Origin: Macrostomum lignano
Lineage: Eukaryota
Direction of reading: 5' to 3'
Length of the DNA: 64,000 nucleotides
Assembly: GCA_002269645.1 (NCBI GenBank)
Contig: NIVC01000991.1
Span: forward strand, 62,001 to 126,000
The notes under the pieces were generated by a model that was given only the letters and a program-made list of their open reading frames with translations, had not been told where the DNA came from and made no database searches. Position 1 is the first letter of the stretch. Every line of letters starts with the position of its first letter. The position numbers and the translations under genes are program-made. This document shows, piece by piece, positions 53,770 to 64,000 of this stretch.

Positions 53770-55803
53770 ATGTGCCGATGGGGCTGCTCCCTTGTCGATA
53801 CGGTAAGTTTAAACATCTGCAGCTGCCACGAATGTGAAAATGTGAATCTTTGAGACGCCCCATAGATACTCTTTACTGCCCTCCCGGTTGAGGACATGTA
53901 CGCTCGTAATATATTATATAAGATCTAATCTACCTAATTCCTAATTCTGTAAACTTCACGGCGGCTAAAATTCCCACCTTTCCCCAAACATCCCACGATT
54001 CTCCAAACATCCCACTATTCCCCAAACATCCCACAATTCCCCAAACATTCCACTATTCCCCAAACATCCCACTATTCCCCAAACATCCCACTATTCCCCA
54101 AACATCCCACGATTCCATAAACATCCCACTATTCCCCAAACATCCCACGATTCCATAAAATCCCACTATTCCCCAAACATCCCACGATTCCATAAACATC
54201 CCACTATTCCCCAAACATCCCACTATTCCCCAAACATCCCACGATTCCATAAACATCCCACTATTCCCCAAACATCCCACTATTCCCCAAACATCCCACG
54301 ATTCCATAAAATCCCACTATTCCCCAAACATCCCACGATTCCATAAACATCCCACTATTCCCCAAACATCCCACGATTCCATAAACATCCCACGATTCCC
54401 CAAACATCTCACGATTCCCCAAACATCCCACGATTTCCAATATATCCCACGATAACCCAAACATTCCACGATTCCCCAAACATCTCACGATTCCCCAAAC
54501 ATCTCACGATTCCCCAAACATCCCACGATTCCCCAAACATCCCACGATTCCCCAAACATCCCACTATTCCCCAAACATCCCACAATTCCCCAAACATCTC
54601 ACGATTCCCCAAACATCTCACGATTCCCCAAATATTCCACTATTCCCCAAACATCCCACTATTCCCCAAACATCCCACTATTCCCCAAACATCCCACTAT
54701 TCCCCAAACATCCCACTATTCCCCAAACATCCCACGATTCCACAAACATCCCACGATTCTCTAAACATCCCACGATTCCCCAAACATCCCACGATTCCAC
54801 AAACATCCCACGATTCCCCAAACATCCCACGATTCCATAAACATTCCACGATTCCCTAAACATCCAACGATTCCCCAAACATCCAACGATTACCCAAACA
54901 TTCAACGACTCCACAAACATCCCACAATTCCATAAACATCCCACGATTCCCTAAACATCCAACGATTCCCCAAACATCCCACGATTCCATAAACATCCCA
55001 TGATTCCCTAAACATCCAACGATTCCCCAAACATCCAACGATTACCCAAACATTCCACGACTCCACAAACATCCCACGATTCCATAAACATCCCACGATT
55101 TCACAAACATTCCACTAAAACATTCACTAGAACATTCACCAATCCTCAATTTAGAATATAATAATAATTGATTACACTTGCCCTGATGGGAAGACTTGCA
55201 ACCTACATTACGCCACAAACACCCTCAATTACCCCAGCTAATGCTGGCACCCATTTTACAGCTGGGTGAACTGAAGAACGCAGAGTTAAGTGTCTTGCTC
55301 AAAGACACAAATTGTTCCGAGTGGGGTCGGGAATCGAACCCCTGACCTTCAAGTTGTGAGTCCGACGCTCTAACCACTAGGCTACAGCCTTCTTAGACTT
55401 AGACTGTACCAAACTAAAACCAGACTTCGGGGTTCAACAGAACTACAACCGCAACCATAATCGATGCCTCATGCAGACCTACATGTGCAAATGGTGCGGC
55501 ACCAGATTCTGCAAGGAGTGCCTACTTGGCGACTTCTACGGCCGCATGAAGGAGCCGGGCCAGTGCCGGGTCTGCAACCAGAAGCGTTGCCAGGGTAAAC
55601 GAGTCGAATTCGTGACAAAACCGCGCGACCCGGCCGATGAGGCGGCCAGCGGACGCGGCAGCGGCCGACGTGGCGTCGGCGGTGCATCGGCCAAGTCGTC
55701 GAAATCGGCCAAGTCGGCCGGCTCAAAAAAGAAAAAATCCAGCAGCGCCGGAGGCGGCAAGAAGAAAAAATCGGCGGGAAAGAAGAAGCGAGGAAAGAAG
55801 TGA
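53770..55803 (+). CDS. Small Cys-rich (treble-clef/FYVE-like spacing) protein with a Lys/Ser/Gly-rich basic tail
   Basis: The main exon (55441 or 55424 to 55803) encodes CxxC-x4-CxxC-x14-CxxC-x4-C followed by a KKKK-rich tail. A candidate upstream exon ends at ACG|gtaagt (53802). Two in-frame options exist: ATG 53770 with acceptor 55440, or ATG 53778 with acceptor 55423. The 5' structure is uncertain. Confidence 0.65.
53975..55120. repeat. 19-bp minisatellite (CCCACTATTCCCCAAACAT)n
   Basis: Read directly. Confidence 0.95.
55212..55389 (-). mobile_element. tRNA-derived SINE with a CORE-like central domain
   Basis: Minus strand: A-box TAGCCTAGTGG, B-box GGTTCGATTCC, then TGTGTCTTTGAGCAAGACACTTAAC...CAGCTGTAAAATGGG, which resembles the MIR/CORE consensus as I recall it. 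A second copy lies at 29897-30031. Confidence 0.8.
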
Positions 55804-56256
55804 CGGCGCGATTTTCATTGAATATAGTGAGTGACATTCTAAAAGACAATTTGGTTAAGACTTTTGTCTCGTAAATAAAGCAAATTTTATTCCCGTTTGA
55901 AGTGCATTTATTGGCTTCTCAGATAACTATTGCTATTACTGATTGATTTCTCCGCGCGCACAAAGTTTTTTTGTAATAATAAGTCAGTTTCTTAGAATCT
56001 GTCACACATTTCACGGAAATTCAAATGCAAAATGTAATATTTATGCTCTTATTGCTTCTAGGTAAGAAGATCCTATTCCTAAAACTTTAGTGCACCCATA
56101 TCAGCCTTTAGAAAAGCTGTATTGCTTTTGTCGATAATTAAGGCGATCAAGTCCTGTTAGATGGAATCCTTGGTTTAAAATACTCCGAAGTCAGGACAGT
56201 CTGTGGGAGAGTGCAAATGGGGAGGTCTCCACTTGATTGGCTGCATTGTCTATGGC

Positions 56257-56568
56257 CAGGCGCGTCGCCATCGGGGGGGGGGGGGGAACAGGGGGGCATG
56301 TCCGCCAGTAAAAGCTCTGGGGGAACATGCCAATGCTTTGTTCCCCCCACCCCACCTTGTGAGCCGTTGTCGTAATCAATAATTTTTCTTCAGGGTGCTA
56401 AAATGAGTGCCTTCGGCGCAAAAATGAGTGCCTGCGGCGCTAAAATGAGTGCCTGCGGCGCTAAAATGAGTGTCTGCGGCGTCAAAATGAGTGCCAAAAT
56501 TTAGTCATGTACATGTAGAATTCTTGGCTTTGTCCCCCCCCACCATAAAATCCATGGCGACGCCCCTG
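56257..56568. mobile_element. hAT-type MITE, 312 bp, with a perfect 8-bp TSD
   Basis: TIR CAGG(C/G)GCGTCGCCAT (15 bp, 1 mismatch); TSD TCTATGGC at 56249-56256 and 56569-56576; internal 21-bp tandem repeat AAAATGAGTGCCTGCGGCGCT x4-5. Confidence 0.9.
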
Positions 56569-57273
56569 TCTATGGCCGAGTGCAGTGCTGCGCGGCAGTG
56601 TCTGCTGTTGCAGCAAATTGGGATTCTTCACTTGATTGGCTTGACAGCTTGACTGACAAAAACTATGGTCGACCCAAGTGCATGTCGTGCATGATTTATT
56701 TAAATGACTGTCTTTTTTAATTATGATTTTTTAATCACGATTTTCTAACGTACAAATTTAACACATAGTAGTTCCAGTAGTATTTCTAGGATACACTTAC
56801 TGTTAATTTTACTTGGTTTATAGCTCGGGAGTATTAAATTATGTAAGATATAAATTAATAATGTTAAATAAACGATTACACATATCCGCTTTGAAGATAA
56901 GTACGTGATGGCACATATTTTACTAGCTATAAGCACTTTTTGCGACAGCGTGTAATTTATTGCGGCAATAAATAACTCATAAATTTGCCTATAACCACTA
57001 ATAAGAAGGAAATCAGCAGACAAATTGCTATTTTTCTGGGACACAATTCGCCCATTGTTTCTCATAGAACGCCTCCGGTGAAGGCATTGATAAGACCAAT
57101 TCAGCGGCGTAGAAGATTCTTAGATTCAACCTCATGCAGAAAGGCCAAGTCTGCCACAAGCCTGCACAGCCAACTGCTCCGCTTCTCACGCAAAGAGAGC
57201 GAGGCGTCAAGCTTAACCACCGAAAAGCAGGCAGAGATTGCGGAACACAATTGCGCATTGATTCAAGCGCCGC

Positions 57274-59214
57274 ATGAATCCCATTGTGGCATCAATTAGA
57301 TTACTGATTGCGGTGCTTGCACTGCCGCTGGTGGCTGTATCAGGCGGCTCGCAGCTTCCGCAGTCAACTCATGCGATGCTTAGCCACTTGCCGGAGAGAA
57401 ATATGACTCGTCCAGAGGTGATCCACCTGCTCAATGAGTTGAAAAAGTACGTCAAAGTCATGGAGCAAGACGAATACCGAAGATTTTCAGAGCTGGTGTT
57501 CACCCTGCGCAGTAAACTGTTTGAAACGTTCAACCAAGCATTCGAAGGCATCAAGATGAGCGACTACAATGTGCTGTGTCATTTTCGAGTTTATCCTAGC
57601 CTGATATTCGGCAGCAACTATCCCACTGTGCAGGAGCTCACTATAACGCTCATGGACTTTGTCATCGAGAGCCTTCGCGGCGGCGACACCAAGCCGTTTT
57701 TGTTTGTCTACGTGAGGCTCTACCTGCAGCTGGGACAGCCCTACGTCACCTACAGCAACCTTCTCAGACACTCGGGCGACCGCACCGCTGAGACATTGTA
57801 CACCTTCGCTAAAAGCTGCCTGCCCGAGGTTGACGTACCGCCAGACTGTCGCAAAACCCTCCTGATGCAGCTGTCGGATCCGAGGCTGCTGCTTCGCCCG
57901 CGCTGTGAACTCGAAGACCTGGCCCGAGGCAACCCGAACAGCCATAGCAGCAGTCAGCATCACGATAGCATGACCTCTGTATTGCAGTACAAGTTACTCT
58001 CGCACGTCGCTCGGAGCGGTAACTTCGACTATTACAATACAACTCATCGGATTATCGAATTCATCGAGTTAATCATATTTGGCCATTTCGACGCGCTCAG
58101 AATTCCCAACAGGATGTGGATTAATCCCACTTTCAAGGCTTCCCTGCCTGGCAAGCTTAGCGCCGTGGCTCAACTAATCCGATACGGCTATCCAATCCTG
58201 CTACTCATCGGAACTGTGAGCAACCTGATTGCGCTGCTGTTCAGCTTGGTAAACCTGTCCGAGAGCATCAGCTGCATGTACTTCCTGGCTCTTTCTGTGC
58301 TTGACTTGCTCTGTCTGTGGTGCAACCTGCTACCAATTCTATTGTCGCTCTACTTCGACATCTTCGCTCAGGAGGCGTCGCAGCTCACCTGCAAGTTGAT
58401 TCCATTCTTTGGGATCTTCACAGCCGGATCTGTAGCTTGGCTGGTGGTTGCGCTGACTTACACTAAGCTGGCCACCTTGGTTAGACCGTTCTGGCATTCT
58501 CTCTATTCTAGACGAGTACACCGCCTGCTCATCCTAGGCCTCATAGTTCTCGTAGCGGCCATGTGCAGTCCGCTGCTGTTCACTCGCTACCGTCTCGTAG
58601 TTCTGGACTCGGACTTCTTTATCCAGTGCTGGCGATACGAATCTACAGTCTTCTCCTACGGCCTGGAGAAGATGTGGCTGGCTCTGGTGTTCCCGGTAAT
58701 TCCGTTGCTGCTGGTCCTGGCCGGAAACTGCGCCCTGATCGCGCTCAGAACCAGACACCTTCGACAACTGTCAAGAGGAAGCGGCTACTGCGTTGACGAC
58801 AAGTCGTTCGGCTCGCTCGTCGGCGTGTCCTGCGTTTTCCTAGCCTTCACCGCTCCGAACACCGTCGTCCAGATGATCGAAGCGTTCCGATCGCAGAACA
58901 TCAACTACTACGACGTTACCGACGAGTTGAACAATGGCAATGGAACATTGTTCAACTACTGGATCCACGTGACCCATTTTGTCATGCTGCTGCACAATGC
59001 CGTTAACATTTTCACCTATGGCATGAGCGCACCCTACCTGCGAAAGTCGTTCCGACTTCGACTTGCCCGTCTGGTCGGCGGGCCGAGACTGCTGCTGGCC
59101 GCTACTTCTTCATCAACGTCGAGGTCATCGTCGTTGAGGCGCGAAGACACCTACGGTTCGGCTCTGTCCGTCAAGTCTGGAACCTCGTCGTTGTCCGCTC
59201 CTTGTTCGAAGTGA
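57274..59214 (+). CDS. Intronless class A (rhodopsin-like, peptide-receptor-type) GPCR with signal peptide and ~300-aa N-terminal domain
   Basis: 646-aa ORF with seven hydrophobic segments from aa ~304. Motifs: IGTVSNLI (GN variant), LSVLDL (LAxxD variant), CKL at the top of TM3, extracellular-loop Cys (IQCW), FTAP in TM6, NAVNIFTY (NPxxY variant); Ser-rich tail. Confidence 0.9.
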   Translation: MNPIVASIRLLIAVLALPLVAVSGGSQLPQSTHAMLSHLPERNMTRPEVIHLLNELKKYVKVMEQDEYRRFSELVFTLRSKLFETFNQAFEGIKMSDYNVLCHFRVYPSLIFGSNYPTVQELTITLMDFVIESLRGGDTKPFLFVYVRLYLQLGQPYVTYSNLLRHSGDRTAETLYTFAKSCLPEVDVPPDCRKTLLMQLSDPRLLLRPRCELEDLARGNPNSHSSSQHHDSMTSVLQYKLLSHVARSGNFDYYNTTHRIIEFIELIIFGHFDALRIPNRMWINPTFKASLPGKLSAVAQLIRYGYPILLLIGTVSNLIALLFSLVNLSESISCMYFLALSVLDLLCLWCNLLPILLSLYFDIFAQEASQLTCKLIPFFGIFTAGSVAWLVVALTYTKLATLVRPFWHSLYSRRVHRLLILGLIVLVAAMCSPLLFTRYRLVVLDSDFFIQCWRYESTVFSYGLEKMWLALVFPVIPLLLVLAGNCALIALRTRHLRQLSRGSGYCVDDKSFGSLVGVSCVFLAFTAPNTVVQMIEAFRSQNINYYDVTDELNNGNGTLFNYWIHVTHFVMLLHNAVNIFTYGMSAPYLRKSFRLRLARLVGGPRLLLAATSSSTSRSSSLRREDTYGSALSVKSGTSSLSAPCSK

Positions 59215-59847
59215 GAACTTACATCGTAAATTTAGAAATAAGCCTTCAAGCGATGTGTAGTTACCAGTATGTCAATATTTAATAATGCCAATGCATTTCA
59301 ACGTCTTTACGTTATCGTCAAGGCTAGTTTACGAGCGTACGCTCGTATTACTATTTATATACCATGGTCAAATTTGAAGAGAACTGTACCCTCAGAACAG
59401 ATTCTTAAATGTTGAAGATTTCCAAGCGCTAGTGCTATTACTACGACAGTATAATTGTCGAGCAATAATGCATAGGTTATTATTACAATGCAGAGGTATA
59501 TTGAATATTAACATGCTGGTACTCGTACCTAATTGTCATTCCTAAAACATTTTAAGTCTACAAAGTTCATGTAAGTCCATTTAATCGAATGAATTGACCT
59601 ATATTTATTGCGATCTAAGACCATTTTTGTTGGCTAAAGACACTGAACCTATTTGTGGGCACTTTATAAGAGTCAGCTTGAGGTACTCGTACATGTAGCC
59701 TCAGCAAACAGGAGAATAGGTGAAAACTAGAAATCTATTTTTTTCAATAAAAAAATTTTTCAAGCAAAGATTTTTTCAATCGGACCTAAAAATGCGATAC
59801 ATGTAATTTAAATTGTTTCTTGCCATGCTACGGTTAGGGCTAGAAAT

Positions 59848-60372
59848 TCCGTTGAAAATAGGGAAGGATTTGGTTCAGTTTTTTTAAAAATTCGGCTGGA
59901 TGTTCCCTGTATCCGTCAGTTGGAGAATATCCGGTCGTTTCTTCGGATAAGTGACGCCAACTTTACATATCTGTATGTTTTGTTCGGATATTATAGTTCT
60001 TTATCCGGACGAAACGGTCGGATACGTAGATTGAATCCGGACGTAAGTCCGGAAATGTATCTGGCGCTATAAGGCCGGATATTTGAGCCACATATCCGGA
60101 TGATTCGTTCGGATATAACTTGTCCGGATATAGTAGAGTATCCGAACCAAGTGGTTCGGTATCCGGATGAAAAGTCCGGAAATTTTTGTCCGGATAAGTC
60201 ACATATCCGGGTGATAATCCCGATATTCGTCCGGATACGACTTGTCCGGATATAGTTCGGATAAAATGTCAAATCTGGACATATCCGGCCGTTCATTAGG
60301 AAAAGTGCCCCTATCCAGATCCGGATACGCTATATCCGAACCTTCAAATATCCGTCCCTATTTTTCAGCGGG
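59848..60372. mobile_element. MITE-like element with imperfect TIRs and many internal TCCGGA/CGGATA motifs
   Basis: CCGTTGAAAATAGGGAAGGAT (59849) versus the reverse complement of the right end CCGCTGAAAAATAGGGACGGAT. No TSD seen. Confidence 0.55.
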
Positions 60373-61259
60373 AAACGGATATCCAAAGTTGCAAGCCTAT
60401 AGAATAAAGACAGGTTGGGCCATAGACAACTCGTACGTCTCTTATTGAGAAACTTGACTGAGAGACAAGTCAATCCTAGCATTGATTAACGATTTGATTT
60501 ACTTCAAGAGCTAAAAGACTGAGAAGCAATTACTGAACACTTTCCAACAAGGTCTACTGCTGAAGTCAACTAGAGGTTCATTGGGTCCGTGCAATGTCGC
60601 TTTCTTGAATTGCTACCGGCTGTCAGCTCCAATCAGATATACTCGTTTAGATATGCAACTGTTTAGTATAGATTTTTGCAGCCCATTTGGGCTTGCGCGC
60701 ATTGAATTTAATCCAAGATACTTTTACCAATCTAATGGAACTTTTGTCTATGGTAGCAAGGCTGGCACAGCGGCATTTAATTTTGTCCTACAAGCATCAA
60801 TTTGGTCCTAACGCTCGTGAGCCATTGTACAAACTCTTGCCTTCTCGCAACTGTCTGCAGGTTGTTGCGTTCCCGCTGAAATGTCAGCGTCTCTACACCA
60901 AAAATTTTGAGTCGCTTTTCCAGAGCTCTGCTGATAGTCGAAATCTGATGATAACCAACTGGAACTGTTCCTTCAACTTCTGATGCATTTTCTGCATCGT
61001 CAACAAAAGGTTCGTCTCAACTGCATCCAGTAGCAGTTGGACCTGAGGCTCTCAGCAACTTGTCTTGGCGATTGGCACCCTTTCGCAGGCAGTCTCTGCC
61101 GGCAGAGTTTCAACGCGCTGATGCATCCCGGCTGCCAAAAAAAAAATAAGCTGGCCCACATATTTTGGCCCACTAGTGGGCCAAAGTTTGGTTCTGAGCG
61201 GCCCACAGAAAGCCCACATTGAACACTCTGACCCATACTGAAAATGAACAGTAGCTTTC

Positions 61260-61852
61260 GGCCCACGTATGCTGGCCCGTATTGGCCCACGTATGCTGGC
61301 CCGTATTGGCCCACGTATGCTGGCCCGTATTGGCCCATGTATGCTGGCCCGTATTGGCCCATGTATGCTGGCCCGTATTGGCCCATGTATGCTGGCCATG
61401 CTGGCCCGTATTGGCCCACGTATGCTGGCCCGTATTGGCCCACGTATGCTGGCCCGTATTGGCCCACGTATGCTGGCCCGTATTGGCCCATGTATGCTGG
61501 CCCGTATTGGCCAATGTATGCTGGCCATGCTGGCCCGTATTGGCCCACGTATGCTGGCCCGTATTGGCCCACGTATGCTGGCCCGTATTGGCCCACGTAT
61601 GCTGGCCCGTATTGGCCCATGTATGCTGGCCCGTATTGGCCCATGTATGCTGGCCATGCTGTCCCGTATTGGCCCACGTATGCTGGCCCGTATTGGCCCA
61701 TGTATGCTGGCCATGCTGGCCCGTATTGGCCCATGTATGCTGGCCCGTATTGGCCCATGTATGCTGGCCCGTATTGGCCCATGTATGCTGTCCCGTATTG
61801 GCCCACGTATGCTGGCCATGCTGTCCCGTATTGGCCCACGTATGCTGGCCCA
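61260..61852. repeat. 24-bp tandem repeat (TATGCTGGCCCGTATTGGCCCACG)n
   Basis: Read directly; 8-aa periodicity in all six frames. Confidence 0.95.
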
Positions 61853-62499
61853 TATCACGCAGCGGAATCAGATGAGATACAATTCAGATTGACAATGTAG
61901 ATGAGAATACTTTTATATTATTATATGAGGGTTATAATTGTTCTTCAATTTTTAACAACTTTTTTAACCATTGATGCATCAGTAAGCTGAATAGACAGTT
62001 TTGAAATAACGAAACTCATTTGTTCCAAACTAAAAATAGTAACGCTCTGGAGCTTGCAAAGTCAGATGGTAGGTAATAAAGGCAACAGTATAAAGGTATC
62101 TATGATAATGTTAATGTTAACAACTGTAAGGACTTTTCAATATAGCTCGTAGTGGTATATGGGTCAATGCGTTAGGTATATATTAAAACTATGAGTGTCA
62201 GGGGTTAGACTCTCCGGTCCACAAACTGCTTTATAATACCCTGTTGCACCTATAGCAAATGTATAAGAGTTAAATAATCAAAAGAATAAAAATGAAGCTA
62301 TTGTGAATTAGTGAATATATTTCATTCTAATATAGCACAAATTTATTTCGCGGGTCTTAAACAACTTTAAGCAAACACGTATGCCTGTGAACAGTGAACA
62401 ATAAATTAAACATTAAACATTAAAAAGTTTTCCTGCATCATTTTAAGCTATTGACATACATTACATATTTGAATCCTTTTGAATGAGCCAACAGGACAG

Positions 62500-62640
62500 C
62501 AAATGTGGGCCAATACGGGCCACCATATGTGGGCCGATACAGGCCAGCATATGTGGGCCAATACGAGCCAGCATAGGTGGGCCGATACGGGCCAGCATAT
62601 GTGGGCTGGTACAGGCCAGCATGTGGGCCAATATGGGCCT
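62500..62640. repeat. Diverged reverse-complement copies of the same 24-bp unit
   Basis: ATGTGGGCCAATACGGGCCA(C/G)CAT is the reverse complement of the 61260 unit. Confidence 0.85.
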
Positions 62641-64000
62641 AAAGTGGGCCAGCCTACAAGTGGGCTAACAGATGTGGGCGAAAAGTATGGGCCGGATTAC
62701 ACGCTTGGCCCAGTAGAGAGGCCAAGTTTAAATGGGCTCTCAGTGGGCCATTAGTTGGCCCTTCTATAAGTGGGCCGAAAATGGGTGAAAGGCCTGCAAA
62801 TTGGGCCAAAAAGCACTAGCCCACTGTTGGCCCACTGAGAGGCCCATACTTGGAGGAAAAAAGCCCTTTGGTTTGACAACCGGGCATGCTGTAAAGCATA
62901 TTTTCTTTTACATTCAGCAACCATCAGCAATGTCCTTTGGGTGTTCACCTCTGTCAAGTGCTTCGATCACAAGCCAATGGCATTAGTTCGACAGCCTAGC
63001 ATGCGGTCCACAATTCTGGGGCTGATCTTGCTCCTCCGCAGCAGTTGCAAATGAAGCTATGGACAGCTTTGCTACCATAGATAAAAGCTCCATTACATTG
63101 GCCAACGTATCTTGGATTAAATTAAATGCGCGTAGGCCCAAATGGGCTGCAAAAAGCTACACTCAGCAACATTGAAAAGTGTCCACGTACTGCACAAAAG
63201 GCTGTACACTAGCTGAACGATTAGGGATTGAAAGGTTTTTAACTATGTTTGGGCCATAGACAGTCAAAATAAGGCAACAAAGAATGAACAGCGAAACAAG
63301 TACATGCCCATTTCCACGCTGTGTACGTGTCTAAAGCACAGTCAGTAACAGGTATAGATACCACGAGCGTCCAACAGACCGCTCACTCGTCGAGGCATTC
63401 CCGAACAAGGCGCCGCAGAAAGTCTTGTGGAAGCTGTTGCCACGCGACTGAAAGCGCATTGCGCAGCTGGACCATGTTCTAGGGGGATAGATTGTTGCAC
63501 CGAGTCGTGTGCTTCAGGAAATCCCACACTTGCTCAATCGAGTTCATATCCGGTGATCTGGATGGCCAACGCAGAGTGCGCCAATCAGTCATTTAGCGGA
63601 CTCTGCGTCCAGATGCCTCCAGTAAACCCCTGTACACTCGTTACTGTAACGCTTTTCCCTGTGACACCAGATATCGGTCTTTACACTTTTCTGCCCTTTA
63701 CTTTAGTACATTATAAAGTAGAGTAAACTATCCTATATACTATACATCGGTTTCTATAAGCATTAGAGCTTGATCGAATGACTTGAGCCTTGAAGTTGTC
63801 CTGTAATAACAACTCTCCTGTTCTGTTAGATTTATCTAACATTACACGCCATGTCCTTATTTTGTTGATGGCCTTATTTTCTGACTGTTAACTACTCGAA
63901 ACTAACTACTGTAACTTAGTTACTTAGTTACTTAGTTTCAGAACTTGAACCCAAGGTACCCATGATCTAACCTATATATAAACCTTTCTATATCATTATT

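Larger units (their letters stand above)
60665..63163. mobile_element. Foldback-like composite element: ~100-bp outer inverted repeats enclosing oppositely oriented 24-bp arrays
   Basis: 60665-60765 is the approximate reverse complement of 63064-63163 (roughly 85% identical by eye). The array at 61260-61850 and its inverted counterpart at 62500-62640 lie inside. Confidence 0.6.

Noticed and set aside
55300-55389. Functional tRNA gene
   Set aside because: The anticodon stem is mispaired, the loop differs between the two copies (CAC versus CAA), there is no 3' acceptor strand or T-run terminator, and it continues into a SINE body.
61000-61900. Six overlapping 200-280-aa repeat ORFs (GQYGPAY, WANTGQH etc.)
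   Set aside because: The 24-bp unit is a multiple of 3 and stop-free in all frames; there is no non-repetitive coding context.

Overview
Eukaryotic (metazoan) genomic DNA: GC/CpG-rich exons, AT-rich introns with GT-AG boundaries, and a very high density of mini- and microsatellites. This style is consistent with a free-living flatworm such as Macrostomum (inference, not verified). I reconstructed these genes by hand with splice phases checked: (1) a 13-exon integrin alpha subunit on the minus strand (12050-30933, first exon unresolved); (2) a 3-exon secreted protein on the plus strand with a PAN/apple-like module and an ALK/LTK-type glycine-rich domain (39614-41567), carrying an in-frame TGA at codon 73; (3) a 4-exon CDC34/UBE2R-type E2 enzyme on the minus strand (45815-52045); (4) an intronless class A GPCR with a ~300-aa ectodomain (57274-59214). 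Smaller ORFs encode a degenerate KH-like protein, a polyQ/winged-helix-like protein, a single-TM PPxY protein and a Cys-rich, Lys-tailed protein. Mobile DNA includes a complete Tc1/mariner (DD37E-like) element with a mutated catalytic Glu, hAT-type MITEs, two copies of a tRNA-derived CORE-like SINE and a foldback-like composite element. Most ORFs in the supplied track are translations of tandem repeats. No rRNA, intact tRNA or CRISPR array is supported. The most interesting observations are the in-frame UGA, the clustering of minisatellites just downstream of 5' splice sites, and two satellites that appear to derive from transposon ends. All of these are hypotheses that need RNA-seq, raw reads or profile searches.
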